From an uncultured Muribaculaceae bacterium (GTDB lineage: Bacteria > Pseudomonadota > Alphaproteobacteria > Rs-D84): a DNA stretch of 64,000 nucleotides. Both the position numbers and the translations under genes were made by a program. How positions within the stretch are numbered: position 1 is the stretch's first letter; the number at the start of each line of letters is the position of its first letter. The stretch is from contig CAZUED010000003.1 in NCBI GenBank assembly GCA_964619545.1, forward strand, positions 163-64,162, given 5' to 3'. This document shows, piece by piece, positions 1-9,215 of this stretch. The notes under the pieces were generated by a model. That model searched no databases, had not been told where the DNA came from, and saw only the letters and a program-made list of their open reading frames with translations.

Positions 1-124
1 TTCGTTCTGGTGATTATTGAGCACCAGCCACCCTCTGATCCATTCCGAACCAGACAGGGAAACGATGTATCGCCGATGGTACTTTGGCTTAAGCCACGGA
101 AGAGTAGGTCGTCGCCAGAACGAA
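1..124 (+). rRNA. rrf: 5S rRNA (distal gene of an rRNA operon lying upstream of the window)
   Basis: nt 1-12 (ttcgttctggtg) pair with 113-124 (cgccagaacgaa) as helix I; conserved 5S strings ccattccgaac and cgccgatggtac...agagtaggtcg present; intrinsic terminator follows. Confidence 0.85.
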
Positions 125-160
125 ATTCATAAAGACATGTAAAGCCGAGACAATGAAATA

Positions 161-187
161 CCGCCCCATTTTTGGGGCGTTTTTTTA
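161..187 (+). terminator. rho-independent terminator after 5S rRNA
   Basis: cgcccc-attttt-ggggcg hairpin followed by a T-run. Confidence 0.7.
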
Positions 188-474
188 TCCGATGTCATTC
201 CTATCACAATAGTTATAAATTTTAGTTATAATTTTTACATGGTTCAAAATAATCCGGACTTAAATTTTCCAAATTATACGGCACAGAATATGCCGCCAAA
301 AAATCCATGTGAAACCTGTTTGTTTTGGGGAATCACATGTAATCAATTAATATGCTCGAATTTCCAAAAATATAAAGAAGATACGAAAAAATTTGCGCTG
401 AGCAATGAAATTTCTCCCTTTAACAATTTATATTGATGTGATATAATCAGATGAAAGTAGAGAAGGGGTTTTTT

Positions 475-2439
475 ATGAAAAGCCGGTTTTTAGCGTATTT
501 TGTGTTCGCATTTAGCGCTGTTTTTGTATTGCCTGGGGCGGCTGATCCAATTGCTGGATATGGCCAGACTGCGCCTGTTGCAACAACAAGCGCAACACAA
601 TCTCCGCGTGCAACAGGTCAGCGCGGCGGTCGTGCGACCCCCAGCCCCACTGCGGCAGCCAAAGTTGGCGCAACACAATCAGCGTCGCGTAGTGTGTCAT
701 CAAGAAGCGTTGGTGCGCGTGCAACCGCAACATCTGCGCAAAATATAGTTTCGCGTGGCACCAGTTCGCGTACAACAAGCAGTCGCGCGGTACGCGCTCG
801 TACAGCAAGTTCAGCAACAACGGCCAGGGTTTCGCTGACCGGTACCGCAATTCGCGGCAGCAGCACTTCGACCACAACACTTGCTAACAAGCTTTATACC
901 GGGACATATTCTAATATTATTGATCCTACAACCGGTTTAATTTCAGCAGATGCCTACAGCAACTGTCTTGAATCTTATTATGCTTGCATGGATGAAATTT
1001 GTACGGCGCGTAATCCAGGACAACGTCGTTGCGCGTGCGCCGGTCGAGTAAAAACTTTTGCTAATGTAGAAGCGCAATTGCAGACAGCACGTGAAGATTT
1101 ATTAAAAGTTTCGGGACAATTGTCATTATTAATCCTTACCAAGGGCAAGGATGTTACGTCTGCATTTACTTTGACCGAGTCAGAAAAAGTTTTGAATTGC
1201 GTTTCTTGGCGTGATGCCAAAACCGCTGGAAAGACCGATGAATGGTGCGAAAGTCATACCATGCTGTCTGGCACAACAAGTTGCACCAGCTATTCTGGGC
1301 CACCGGCGTTTGTAGCGGAATACTGCTCTAGTAACGATTTTGTTCTGGGTGGATCCGATTGGATGAATGTCTTGAATGGGGCGGATTCTGATATACTTTC
1401 CAGCTTGGAAACCTATGCCAGCACGATAAACCAAGTCAATGTTATTACCACAGATAACACAAACAGCTTGTTCAGTTCATTCATGAATGTCAGCGATATA
1501 GTTGGACAGCTGGACGGCACCGGGAATTTGTTCAGTTCAACAGAAACGGCGCCCGATACTTTGGCCCAGCTGTGGGGGTATAACTTGTTCCAGTACGCCC
1601 ATAACAATGTTTGCAATCGTGTTCTGAATTCTTGCTTTAACGGAATTTATGAAGCATGCGGAAGCAATAACGGAACAACTGGTCCATATAATTATAACAA
1701 TACAATAACTGTTAACAATGATGGATCGGACTTGAATTTTGTTGTTCCAGGATCGTCTTCTTCAACCAGCACGAATACAGCAACTTGCTTTGGTTATACA
1801 AGCAGCAGTGGCGATCCATATTCAACGTTGCGCCGGCCAGTGGCGGATTCGCGCCGCAGCATTTTGCAAAAGTATGCACTGGACGCAAATGCTGATTGCG
1901 ATACGTATGGTGAAGAGTTGAAAAAGCAAGCGACAAATATGGCATATCAAAAGATAGCCGCGACTCAGTACCTGCAGCAAAAGCGTCTTGAATTCGCAAA
2001 TGAAGATGAAACAAATACAACTGCTGAATTAGTTGCTGCCAAAGAGTCTTATCGCAGTTGCGTCAGCGAGGTTTATGATTGCTATGACCAACAGACACGG
2101 ACTAATCCAACCTGGACTGCGGCACGTGTAAAGAACTATTGCTCGCAAAGCGCGGAAGTTCCCAGCTGCTATGAAACGATGGTATGTGATCAAGAAGTTG
2201 GTCGTTTGATTGATGTCGCAGACAGCATAACATGCACAAGTACCCAAGATTGGGCAGCGAACACTTGCCGCAATGTTGTCAGATTGTCAGAAATCTTGAA
2301 TGGCACGGGCGCGGCAGCGGTTTCGACTGGTGCGAACTCGGCAGGTTTGCGCGAGTACTGCTTGCAAAGCACCCCAGGTGTATATGGCGAAGGCAGTATA
2401 CGTGATTTTGGCACCGGCTGGGGTCCAGGAAGTTTATAA
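475..2439 (+). CDS. secreted cysteine-rich protein P1 (signal peptide, R/S/T/A-rich low-complexity region, CxxxYxxCMDxxC...RCxC motif, coiled coil, long Cys-rich region); family not recognised
   Basis: ORF 451-2439; start moved to the ATG at 475 (gaagggg SD upstream; MKSRFLAYFVFAFSAVFVLPGAADP is a classic signal peptide); paralogous to the next gene. Confidence 0.8.
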   Translation: MKSRFLAYFVFAFSAVFVLPGAADPIAGYGQTAPVATTSATQSPRATGQRGGRATPSPTAAAKVGATQSASRSVSSRSVGARATATSAQNIVSRGTSSRTTSSRAVRARTASSATTARVSLTGTAIRGSSTSTTTLANKLYTGTYSNIIDPTTGLISADAYSNCLESYYACMDEICTARNPGQRRCACAGRVKTFANVEAQLQTAREDLLKVSGQLSLLILTKGKDVTSAFTLTESEKVLNCVSWRDAKTAGKTDEWCESHTMLSGTTSCTSYSGPPAFVAEYCSSNDFVLGGSDWMNVLNGADSDILSSLETYASTINQVNVITTDNTNSLFSSFMNVSDIVGQLDGTGNLFSSTETAPDTLAQLWGYNLFQYAHNNVCNRVLNSCFNGIYEACGSNNGTTGPYNYNNTITVNNDGSDLNFVVPGSSSSTSTNTATCFGYTSSSGDPYSTLRRPVADSRRSILQKYALDANADCDTYGEELKKQATNMAYQKIAATQYLQQKRLEFANEDETNTTAELVAAKESYRSCVSEVYDCYDQQTRTNPTWTAARVKNYCSQSAEVPSCYETMVCDQEVGRLIDVADSITCTSTQDWAANTCRNVVRLSEILNGTGAAAVSTGANSAGLREYCLQSTPGVYGEGSIRDFGTGWGPGSL

Positions 2440-2460
2440 AGCACAAGGCGTAGATAATAA

Positions 2461-4704
2461 ATGAATAAAAATTCCAGATTTTGCAAAAAGTTTGGTGCAT
2501 GTTTATCTATGCCTTATGCTGTTTTTTTGATGTTCTGCATGGGTATAGCTGATGCAGCTGAAGTAAGTCGTGCACTTCCCGGAAAACAAGTTGCTATTTC
2601 AACGACATTCCAAAATCAGATACAATCCGAAGATGAAGTACCGGTGATAGAGCCCGGACAAGTTTCTGTACCCATATCGGTTTCACGTACGGCAGCATTG
2701 CCTGCACAAAGAAGTCAAAATGAAATAAGATCACGCACAGCGGCGACAGCTGTTCCACGCGATGCACTGAATGAAGCTGCGCGCCAAGTTGGACGCAGCG
2801 CCAAGGCCGAGGCAGCAAGTATGAATGCAACGGCACCAGTTCGTCGTGCGGGGATTTCTTTACGTCCGACAGCTGCCGAGGTTGGCGGCCGTGCAGCAGT
2901 TGTTACAGCTGGTACAACTACAGCTTCAAGTGTCAGCGCGGCAAGTCGTAGATTAACTTCACGTGCTGCAACTACAGGTCCCGATACAGCTGGGATTGAC
3001 GATACAATAGCTGTGACGGAATCATGCCAAGCGCAATATACCGACTGCATGGATCAGTTCTGCGCTGTCATTGATGCCAACCAAAAAAGATGCAGCTGCA
3101 GTAATCGTCTTTCTTCTTATTCGCGTGTAGAAACATCTGTAAAAGAAGCAAACAATCAGCTGAATGACGTCGCACAACGCATACGCTATGTGGGATTGTC
3201 TGCGGATGAAATTAGTGCGATTATGAGCGCGACCGAGGCTGAGATTGCATTACAAAATACCCGTGATACAACAGAATCACGGAATATGCTGGATGAAATT
3301 GAAAATCTTATTCGTTCGCCGGAAAATGTTGTTGCGCAAAGTTCTTCATCAACGATTGATTTGGACTTGAGTTTTGATGCAGAGGCTGATCCCATGGAGT
3401 TGTTTAATCTTTCCGGATCATCAACAGGGTCATTTTCTAATTTGCGTGGAACGGATTTGCTAAATGCCGCAAAAAAACGTTGCCAATCTGTGCTGACATC
3501 ATGCAAAGCCAAAGGTGCAAACGTCAATCAAATTACAGGTCGGTATGAAATAGAGATAGATAAAGACTGCATAACATATGAAAAAGGTCTGGAAAAGATG
3601 AATCAGACCTTGCGCACAAATGTTCGCAGTGCAACACAAATGTTGCAAAAGGCAAGACTTGCTGTGCTTGAAAATCATAACTCTTACGACGCCAAGGGTT
3701 GTGTTGGTGCTTTGGAACAATGCATGCACGACGAAATGGTTTGCGGAAGCGACTATTCTAAATGCCTTGATCCGACTAAACGCTTTATAGACGAAAGCGG
3801 AAAAGTAGTTTTGGGTCAAAATATTTCCATGATAAGAAACATTATGGCGAATTTTGATAATTCTATAATAGACGAGTCGTTTATAGGTTCAGCATGGGCA
3901 ATGTCGGGAATGTCTGGTTGTGATCAGGCACCAAATAATAATGGCAAATGCATTGTGAAGTATTTGTTGGGAAAAATCGGAATGGGCGAAGATAGCAGCT
4001 CTGGTTTGTGTCGCCCGGTTTTAGACAAGTGTCAAAAACAAACGTATGATGGCCGCGGCAAATATAATCCGAAAAACGCAATAGTCGTGGGCTATATACA
4101 GCGCGCAATGACTAATATTCGTGCTGCCCAGGAAAATATAATTTCAGATTACGCATCGACATGTATGGCGGAAATTGCAACTTGCTATTCCAAGCAGGTT
4201 ACGCAAATCAATGCATGGTCATCAAATGCCAACGTTCAGAATGTGTATTCAGTTCTGAAAGGCGCATGTCGTAATGTTGCACTGACATGCAGCTATGCGG
4301 TTTTCTCGGCCGACCAAACTGTGAATGGTTGCCCAATAACCAGCAATGATATGGCTGGAACCGATGGTGATAGGCAAAGCAAATGTATAGAAAACATTTC
4401 GGATATATTCTATCAATCAATGTTGTGTCCAGATTATTCGACATGGGTCCCGGCACAGACAGGTGCTATCGCAGGCACTATGTATCCTTATTCGCCCGAT
4501 ACACCGATCAGAGTGCATGTTAACGAGCGCTGTGTATGCCAATCAGGATATGGCGTAAATGCGGGTAGTTGTGAACAATGCCCGACCGGATACGCATTCA
4601 ATGCAAATTGCACTTATGCCAGTGCATCCCAAGGTTGTCCGATTATAGGATGCGGTTGCCCAGCGGGTACGACTTGGAATACGACTGCATCTGCGTGCCA
4701 ATAA
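2461..4704 (+). CDS. secreted cysteine-rich protein P2, paralogue of P1, with a C-terminal furin/ephrin-receptor-like Cys-rich tail
   Basis: 747-aa ORF with signal peptide (...FLMFCMGIADA/AEV); shares CQAQYTDCMDQFC...KRCSCSNR with CLESYYACMDEIC...RRCACAGR of P1; exact start uncertain. Confidence 0.8.
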   Translation: MNKNSRFCKKFGACLSMPYAVFLMFCMGIADAAEVSRALPGKQVAISTTFQNQIQSEDEVPVIEPGQVSVPISVSRTAALPAQRSQNEIRSRTAATAVPRDALNEAARQVGRSAKAEAASMNATAPVRRAGISLRPTAAEVGGRAAVVTAGTTTASSVSAASRRLTSRAATTGPDTAGIDDTIAVTESCQAQYTDCMDQFCAVIDANQKRCSCSNRLSSYSRVETSVKEANNQLNDVAQRIRYVGLSADEISAIMSATEAEIALQNTRDTTESRNMLDEIENLIRSPENVVAQSSSSTIDLDLSFDAEADPMELFNLSGSSTGSFSNLRGTDLLNAAKKRCQSVLTSCKAKGANVNQITGRYEIEIDKDCITYEKGLEKMNQTLRTNVRSATQMLQKARLAVLENHNSYDAKGCVGALEQCMHDEMVCGSDYSKCLDPTKRFIDESGKVVLGQNISMIRNIMANFDNSIIDESFIGSAWAMSGMSGCDQAPNNNGKCIVKYLLGKIGMGEDSSSGLCRPVLDKCQKQTYDGRGKYNPKNAIVVGYIQRAMTNIRAAQENIISDYASTCMAEIATCYSKQVTQINAWSSNANVQNVYSVLKGACRNVALTCSYAVFSADQTVNGCPITSNDMAGTDGDRQSKCIENISDIFYQSMLCPDYSTWVPAQTGAIAGTMYPYSPDTPIRVHVNERCVCQSGYGVNAGSCEQCPTGYAFNANCTYASASQGCPIIGCGCPAGTTWNTTASACQ

Positions 4705-4763
4705 AACCCTTGAAAATCGTGTGGTATTTGCTATGCTTTTCCTATTAAAAGGAAGAAAGCATA

Positions 4764-6308
4764 ATGAGTCAAGCATACGCCGTTCTGGCGCGAAAATACC
4801 GCAGTCAAGATTTTGCCAGTCTGATTGGACAGGACGTTCTTGTTAAAACCCTTACTACAGCAATCAATACAGACCGAATCGCGCATGCGTATATTTTTAC
4901 GGGCATTCGTGGAACTGGGAAAACCAGCACCGCTCGCATTCTGGCCAAGGCGCTGAATTGTTTAAGCGCAAATAAAGCAACCGCTGCCCCATGTGGTGTA
5001 TGTGAAAATTGCAAAGCGATTGCTGCCGGTCAGCATATTGATGTTTTGGAAATTGACGCAGCATCGCACACTGGTGTTGATAATATGCGCGACATTTTGG
5101 ATGCAGCCCAGTATCGTCCAACTAATGGCAGATACAAGGTTTACATTATCGACGAAGTGCATATGCTTTCAACCAGTGCATTTAATGCATTATTAAAAAC
5201 TCTGGAAGAGCCGCCCGAGCATGTTATTTTTATTCTGGCGACGACAGAAATACGAAAAGTTCCTGTAACTATTCTTTCCAGATGCCAACGATTTGATCTT
5301 GTACGTGTTTCAGTCGAAACACTTAAGAAACATTTTGCTTGGATTGCCCAGTCGGAAAAAGTGAATTTGACAGATGGTGCAAACGAATTGTTGTCGCGTG
5401 CAGCAGATGGTTCAGTTCGTGATGGTCTGTCTTTATTGGATCAAGCAATTGCGCAAACAGGCGGCAATGTGGATGAGGCTGCAGTGCTGTCCATGTTAAA
5501 ACGCGCGGACCGCGGCGTGGTCGTTGATTTTATGCAGACATTACTGTCGGGCGATGTTGCGGCCGCAATAGACAAGGCGGACTCTTTGTATGCTAATGGC
5601 GCGGATTTATCAATGTTGCTTACTGACATGATGGAATGGACGCACTGGGCGACTCGTATGCACCCCAGCTTGCATGCAGGTGATGCAGCTGCAATTCCAT
5701 ATACGGCTGATCAAAAAGAACAAATAAGAAAAATTAACGAAACGACTAGCCTGAATACTTTGTCGCGCATATGGCAAGTAATGGTTGCCAGTGTACCTGA
5801 AATGCAGACTGCTGGGAATCAAAAGCAATGCTTTGATATGCTGGTTGTTCGTTTAATGCGTGTTGCTGATATGCCGCCCATCAACGAATTAGTAAAGCAA
5901 ACAGCAACGTCTGCACCCCAAGCAAAACAGCAGATACATAAAGTTCCAGCAAAAGACAATGCATTTATAAAAATTTCAACGCCAATTGAACTTTCTGGCG
6001 CCCTTTCTGATGCCAAAGAACCTTTGTTAATGACTCATTGGGCAAATAATGTAGAGGTTGCAGAATTTTCAGATGGGCAAATTAAGTTTTTTGATCGTAA
6101 TGATGATCGTGATTTCCCTACAAAATTGCGTGATTTTTTACGTACCAAAACCGGCAAAGAATGGATTTTGGAAAAGATAGAACCAGAGCAGAAAAATCAG
6201 CCCATGCAAACCCCGACCGAGGCACAGCGCGCAGAACTTGAAGCCGATCCTGTGGTTGCAAACGCGCTGGATTTATTTGCTGGTGCCGAAATTATTTCGG
6301 TAAAATAA
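4764..6308 (+). CDS. dnaX: DNA polymerase III subunit gamma/tau
   Basis: Walker A GIRGTGKTSTARILAKALNC, Zn module CGVCENCKAI, DEVHML, SRCQRF; SD aaggaag upstream. Confidence 0.95.
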   Translation: MSQAYAVLARKYRSQDFASLIGQDVLVKTLTTAINTDRIAHAYIFTGIRGTGKTSTARILAKALNCLSANKATAAPCGVCENCKAIAAGQHIDVLEIDAASHTGVDNMRDILDAAQYRPTNGRYKVYIIDEVHMLSTSAFNALLKTLEEPPEHVIFILATTEIRKVPVTILSRCQRFDLVRVSVETLKKHFAWIAQSEKVNLTDGANELLSRAADGSVRDGLSLLDQAIAQTGGNVDEAAVLSMLKRADRGVVVDFMQTLLSGDVAAAIDKADSLYANGADLSMLLTDMMEWTHWATRMHPSLHAGDAAAIPYTADQKEQIRKINETTSLNTLSRIWQVMVASVPEMQTAGNQKQCFDMLVVRLMRVADMPPINELVKQTATSAPQAKQQIHKVPAKDNAFIKISTPIELSGALSDAKEPLLMTHWANNVEVAEFSDGQIKFFDRNDDRDFPTKLRDFLRTKTGKEWILEKIEPEQKNQPMQTPTEAQRAELEADPVVANALDLFAGAEIISVK

Positions 6309-6318
6309 GGAGAGAAAA

Positions 6319-6777
6319 ATGAGAGAGCAATGCGGACGCAGCCTGATTGAAATGCTTGGAGTGCTGGCCATCGCAGGTGTTATGACCGCTGGTGCAATTG
6401 CTATGTATAACATTGTGCGCACCCGACAGATTCGGATGGTGGCGACCCAAGATATGAAAACAATCGCAAATAATACAAAGCTGTTGTATGCCGCGCGCCG
6501 TGATTATACCGGCATATCCGCAGATTATTTGGTTAAGGCTGGCGCAATGCGCAATGAAAAATCTCCTTTGGCTGGCGCTCAGTTTTCTATTTCTGCAAGT
6601 CCAGGCCCCAAGGAATTCGCAATGGTTTTTGCAGAATTAAATTTTAATGATTGCTCTTGGCTTGCGACGCAGAATTTTGATTGGGCGGACAGAATTAGTG
6701 TGAATGGGTATTTTGAGTCCGCATCGACTTATTGTCGTCAGATGGATAAAAATGAAGTTGCGGTTTGGGTGAAATAA
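6319..6777 (+). CDS. type IV pilin / pseudopilin-like protein
   Basis: N-terminus MREQCG/RSLIEMLGVLAIAGVMTAGAIAMY has a short leader, Gly(-1), Glu(+5) and a hydrophobic alpha1-N; C-terminal Cys pair (DCSW...TYC) fits a pilin D-region; strong SD aaggagag. Confidence 0.7.
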   Translation: MREQCGRSLIEMLGVLAIAGVMTAGAIAMYNIVRTRQIRMVATQDMKTIANNTKLLYAARRDYTGISADYLVKAGAMRNEKSPLAGAQFSISASPGPKEFAMVFAELNFNDCSWLATQNFDWADRISVNGYFESASTYCRQMDKNEVAVWVK

Positions 6778-6826
6778 AAATTAAAGAGCAAAGAGTTCCA
6801 CGGTACATTAATATAAAAGATAAGCT

Positions 6827-7546
6827 ATGAAAGTAAAACTGAAATGTTTTTATAAAACTTCATTTGCAAATTGCTCGTTGCTCTTTTCTCTTTGCGCATT
6901 TTTAAGTGGTTGTGTCACATATCAAACGCCGCCGCGCAATGATTGGCCGATTATTTTACGTGGCGCGACCTTCTCTGAAATGACCGATACTATGAAAATT
7001 GCAAAGCGACCCGTTTTTATTGGTGGTGGTGGAAAAATAATAAACAAAGATGCCGGGCCAGAAAATATAAGTCAATATGGTAAAGAGCCCACGCCAACAG
7101 ACATTAGTCCAGCAGTATTAAAGTATATGGCTTCGCTGGAATATGAGTTATATGATTCTTTATTAAAACCGGGAATCCAGGTTCAGCGCGTGGGCACCGA
7201 TGTTGTTTTATTGCTGACACGTGATTCGTTTATGTATTTGGACGCACCAGAAGTTTCGGATGATGGTGAAGATACATTGAAAATCGTTGCAAAAATACTG
7301 AAAAAATATGATGCTACGTTTATGGAAATTTCGGGTTATACCGATGCAACAATAGACAAGAATGCGGCATCTGCACTTTCGTTGGATATGGCGCAAAGGG
7401 TTGGAATTTTTATGGCAAACCATGATATAAACCCTGCACGTATGTTTATTGTTGGTCGGGGCGCTGCACGTCCTATTGCGGCCCAAGATGATACAGGTCG
7501 GCGCATGAATCGGCGCGTTGAAATCAGATTGTCGCCAGCAAGATAG
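6827..7546 (+). CDS. OmpA-family peptidoglycan-binding lipoprotein
   Basis: lipobox FLSGC; C-terminal OmpA-like domain (ISGYTDAT...ALSLDMAQRV...GRGAARPIA...NRRVEIRL). Confidence 0.8.
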   Translation: MKVKLKCFYKTSFANCSLLFSLCAFLSGCVTYQTPPRNDWPIILRGATFSEMTDTMKIAKRPVFIGGGGKIINKDAGPENISQYGKEPTPTDISPAVLKYMASLEYELYDSLLKPGIQVQRVGTDVVLLLTRDSFMYLDAPEVSDDGEDTLKIVAKILKKYDATFMEISGYTDATIDKNAASALSLDMAQRVGIFMANHDINPARMFIVGRGAARPIAAQDDTGRRMNRRVEIRLSPAR

Positions 7547-7613
7547 CAAATTTTCTGATTGAAATTTATTTTTTATGGATTACAATTAGCAAAGAAAACA
7601 AAAAGGAAGGAAA

Positions 7614-8273
7614 ATGAAAAACCAAAAACCGCTTCCAAAAAAAGCGAAAAACTACAAGAAAATTGGTCTTATCGCTGCTGTGGTTGTCGCCGTGGCTGCA
7701 TTGGGATTTTGGGCTGTTCGGTATTTTACCGCACCGATTTCAATTGAAAAAGCAATCGAGCATGTTTCAACTGAAGCGGTAAGCGGCAGCGACCTGCGTA
7801 TTGCGGTCGTACGTATGGATGCAATTCAGACCCAAGCAAAAGTTTTGGCCGATTTGCATAAACAACGCGAATCTTATGAGAATAAGCTGCGTGATGAATT
7901 GTCAAATCGTCAGAAAGAGCTAGAAAATGAAAAGGCAGAAATAGAAAAATCGCAAGATGTTCTTTCACGTGAAGCTTTACAAAAACGCGTTTCTGATTAT
8001 CAGCAGAAAGTTTCAAAGTTGCAGCAAGATTTGACTACTCGCGCCCAGGCAATAGATGCATCTTTCCAGAAAGCATTGGCCAAGGTACAAAGCGAACATC
8101 TGGATCCGATAATTGACGCTGTTATTACAAAAAAGAACTTGTCATTGGTTATTGATGGCCGTTTGGCTCGCACAGGCGGAGAAATCAAGAATCTGGACAT
8201 TACGGATGACATAGTGATTGCTTTGGATAAAAGAATCCCAAGCGTCAAAATGGAAACTCCAAAAGGGTTCTAA
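7614..8273 (+). CDS. skp: OmpH/Skp-like periplasmic chaperone (membrane-anchored, coiled coil)
   Basis: basic N-terminus plus hydrophobic segment, then long K/E/Q-rich helical region; lies upstream of lpxD-fabZ where skp normally sits; SD aggaagga. Confidence 0.55.
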   Translation: MKNQKPLPKKAKNYKKIGLIAAVVVAVAALGFWAVRYFTAPISIEKAIEHVSTEAVSGSDLRIAVVRMDAIQTQAKVLADLHKQRESYENKLRDELSNRQKELENEKAEIEKSQDVLSREALQKRVSDYQQKVSKLQQDLTTRAQAIDASFQKALAKVQSEHLDPIIDAVITKKNLSLVIDGRLARTGGEIKNLDITDDIVIALDKRIPSVKMETPKGF

Positions 8274-8287
8274 AATAGTTCTGAATT

Positions 8288-8316
8288 AAATCGCCGCAAT
8301 CGCGGCGATTTTTTTA
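8288..8316 (+). terminator. rho-independent terminator after skp-like gene
   Basis: tcgccgc-aatc-gcggcga hairpin plus T-run. Confidence 0.7.
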
Positions 8317-8403
8317 ATATAAAAATGTTTTGTAAAAAACTTTGATTTTGTTGATTTTGCCTTTCTACTTTTGCCTTTTGTTTTTTTGTGTTATAATTCA
8401 CCT

Positions 8404-9147
8404 ATGAAAAAGTTTTTTGCTTCATTGTTTGTTATTAGTTTTTCATTGCTGTTCATGGCGCCTGTGCGTGCATCAGATGCCCCGGATTTCAAGATTTACG
8501 AAGACGTTTCCATAAATAATCAGCCAAAATCCATGCCAGAAATAGAGGAATTATTTCTTAATCCCCGTGCCCAGACAGAAAATCTTTGGGCTGCCGGAAA
8601 AAATTCAATGTTAGAAATTTCTTATACTGGTTGCCCATTTCATACAATTCGTGAATGCCTGATTTGGAAGCGTAAACCAGTAATAATGGAAACAATCCCA
8701 TTGCCAACGCGGCATATTAAAAAAACTGATGATTATCAAACCGCATTGGTAAAAAGGTACGAGGCTCTGATGCAGGCAGCCAGATCTTGTTGCACTGCCG
8801 GCATGGAGAACAAGTTGATAAATTCTGGCGCATCCGCTGGTTTGATTTATAAATTTATGGTTGATGATGCAAACTTTTACGGATTTGGGGATAGATGCTT
8901 GATGATAACAGATGAAGAACTGCAAGAAAACTATTCTGGGACTGCAACCGCAAGGGCGGTGATGGGTGTTCGTGATACATGCCTGTGTCAGCGGCGGGAT
9001 TATTTTGATGCACTACTGGCGCCATTTGACGATTTTCCAGACGAAGAGTATAATTATACTTATCAAGATGGATTGAAGCGCGAGGTAAATGTTTCAATCA
9101 GCAATGATGTACGTGCAGTCAAAGAAATTTTGACACGCTGCCTATAA
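8404..9147 (+). CDS. secreted Cys-containing hypothetical protein
   Basis: ORF 8371-9147; ATG at 8404 gives MKKFFASLFVISFSLLFMAPVRA/SDAP signal peptide; several Cys pairs (SCCTAG, CLCQRR); no family recognised. Confidence 0.65.
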   Translation: MKKFFASLFVISFSLLFMAPVRASDAPDFKIYEDVSINNQPKSMPEIEELFLNPRAQTENLWAAGKNSMLEISYTGCPFHTIRECLIWKRKPVIMETIPLPTRHIKKTDDYQTALVKRYEALMQAARSCCTAGMENKLINSGASAGLIYKFMVDDANFYGFGDRCLMITDEELQENYSGTATARAVMGVRDTCLCQRRDYFDALLAPFDDFPDEEYNYTYQDGLKREVNVSISNDVRAVKEILTRCL

Positions 9148-9215
9148 AAAAGTTAATAATCACTACATTTCCAATAAACTTGCACTGACAATTTCTGTGT
9201 GGTATTATTTCAATC

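Noticed and set aside
239-436. 65-aa ORF with CETC...C...C after the 5S terminator
   Set aside because: It has no SD and no recognisable family, and it lies in very AT-rich promoter-like sequence. Coding status cannot be supported from sequence alone.
4764-6308. Programmed -1 frameshift site in dnaX (gamma/tau)
   Set aside because: No A-AAA-AAG-type slippery heptamer with a downstream hairpin was seen in the relevant region.
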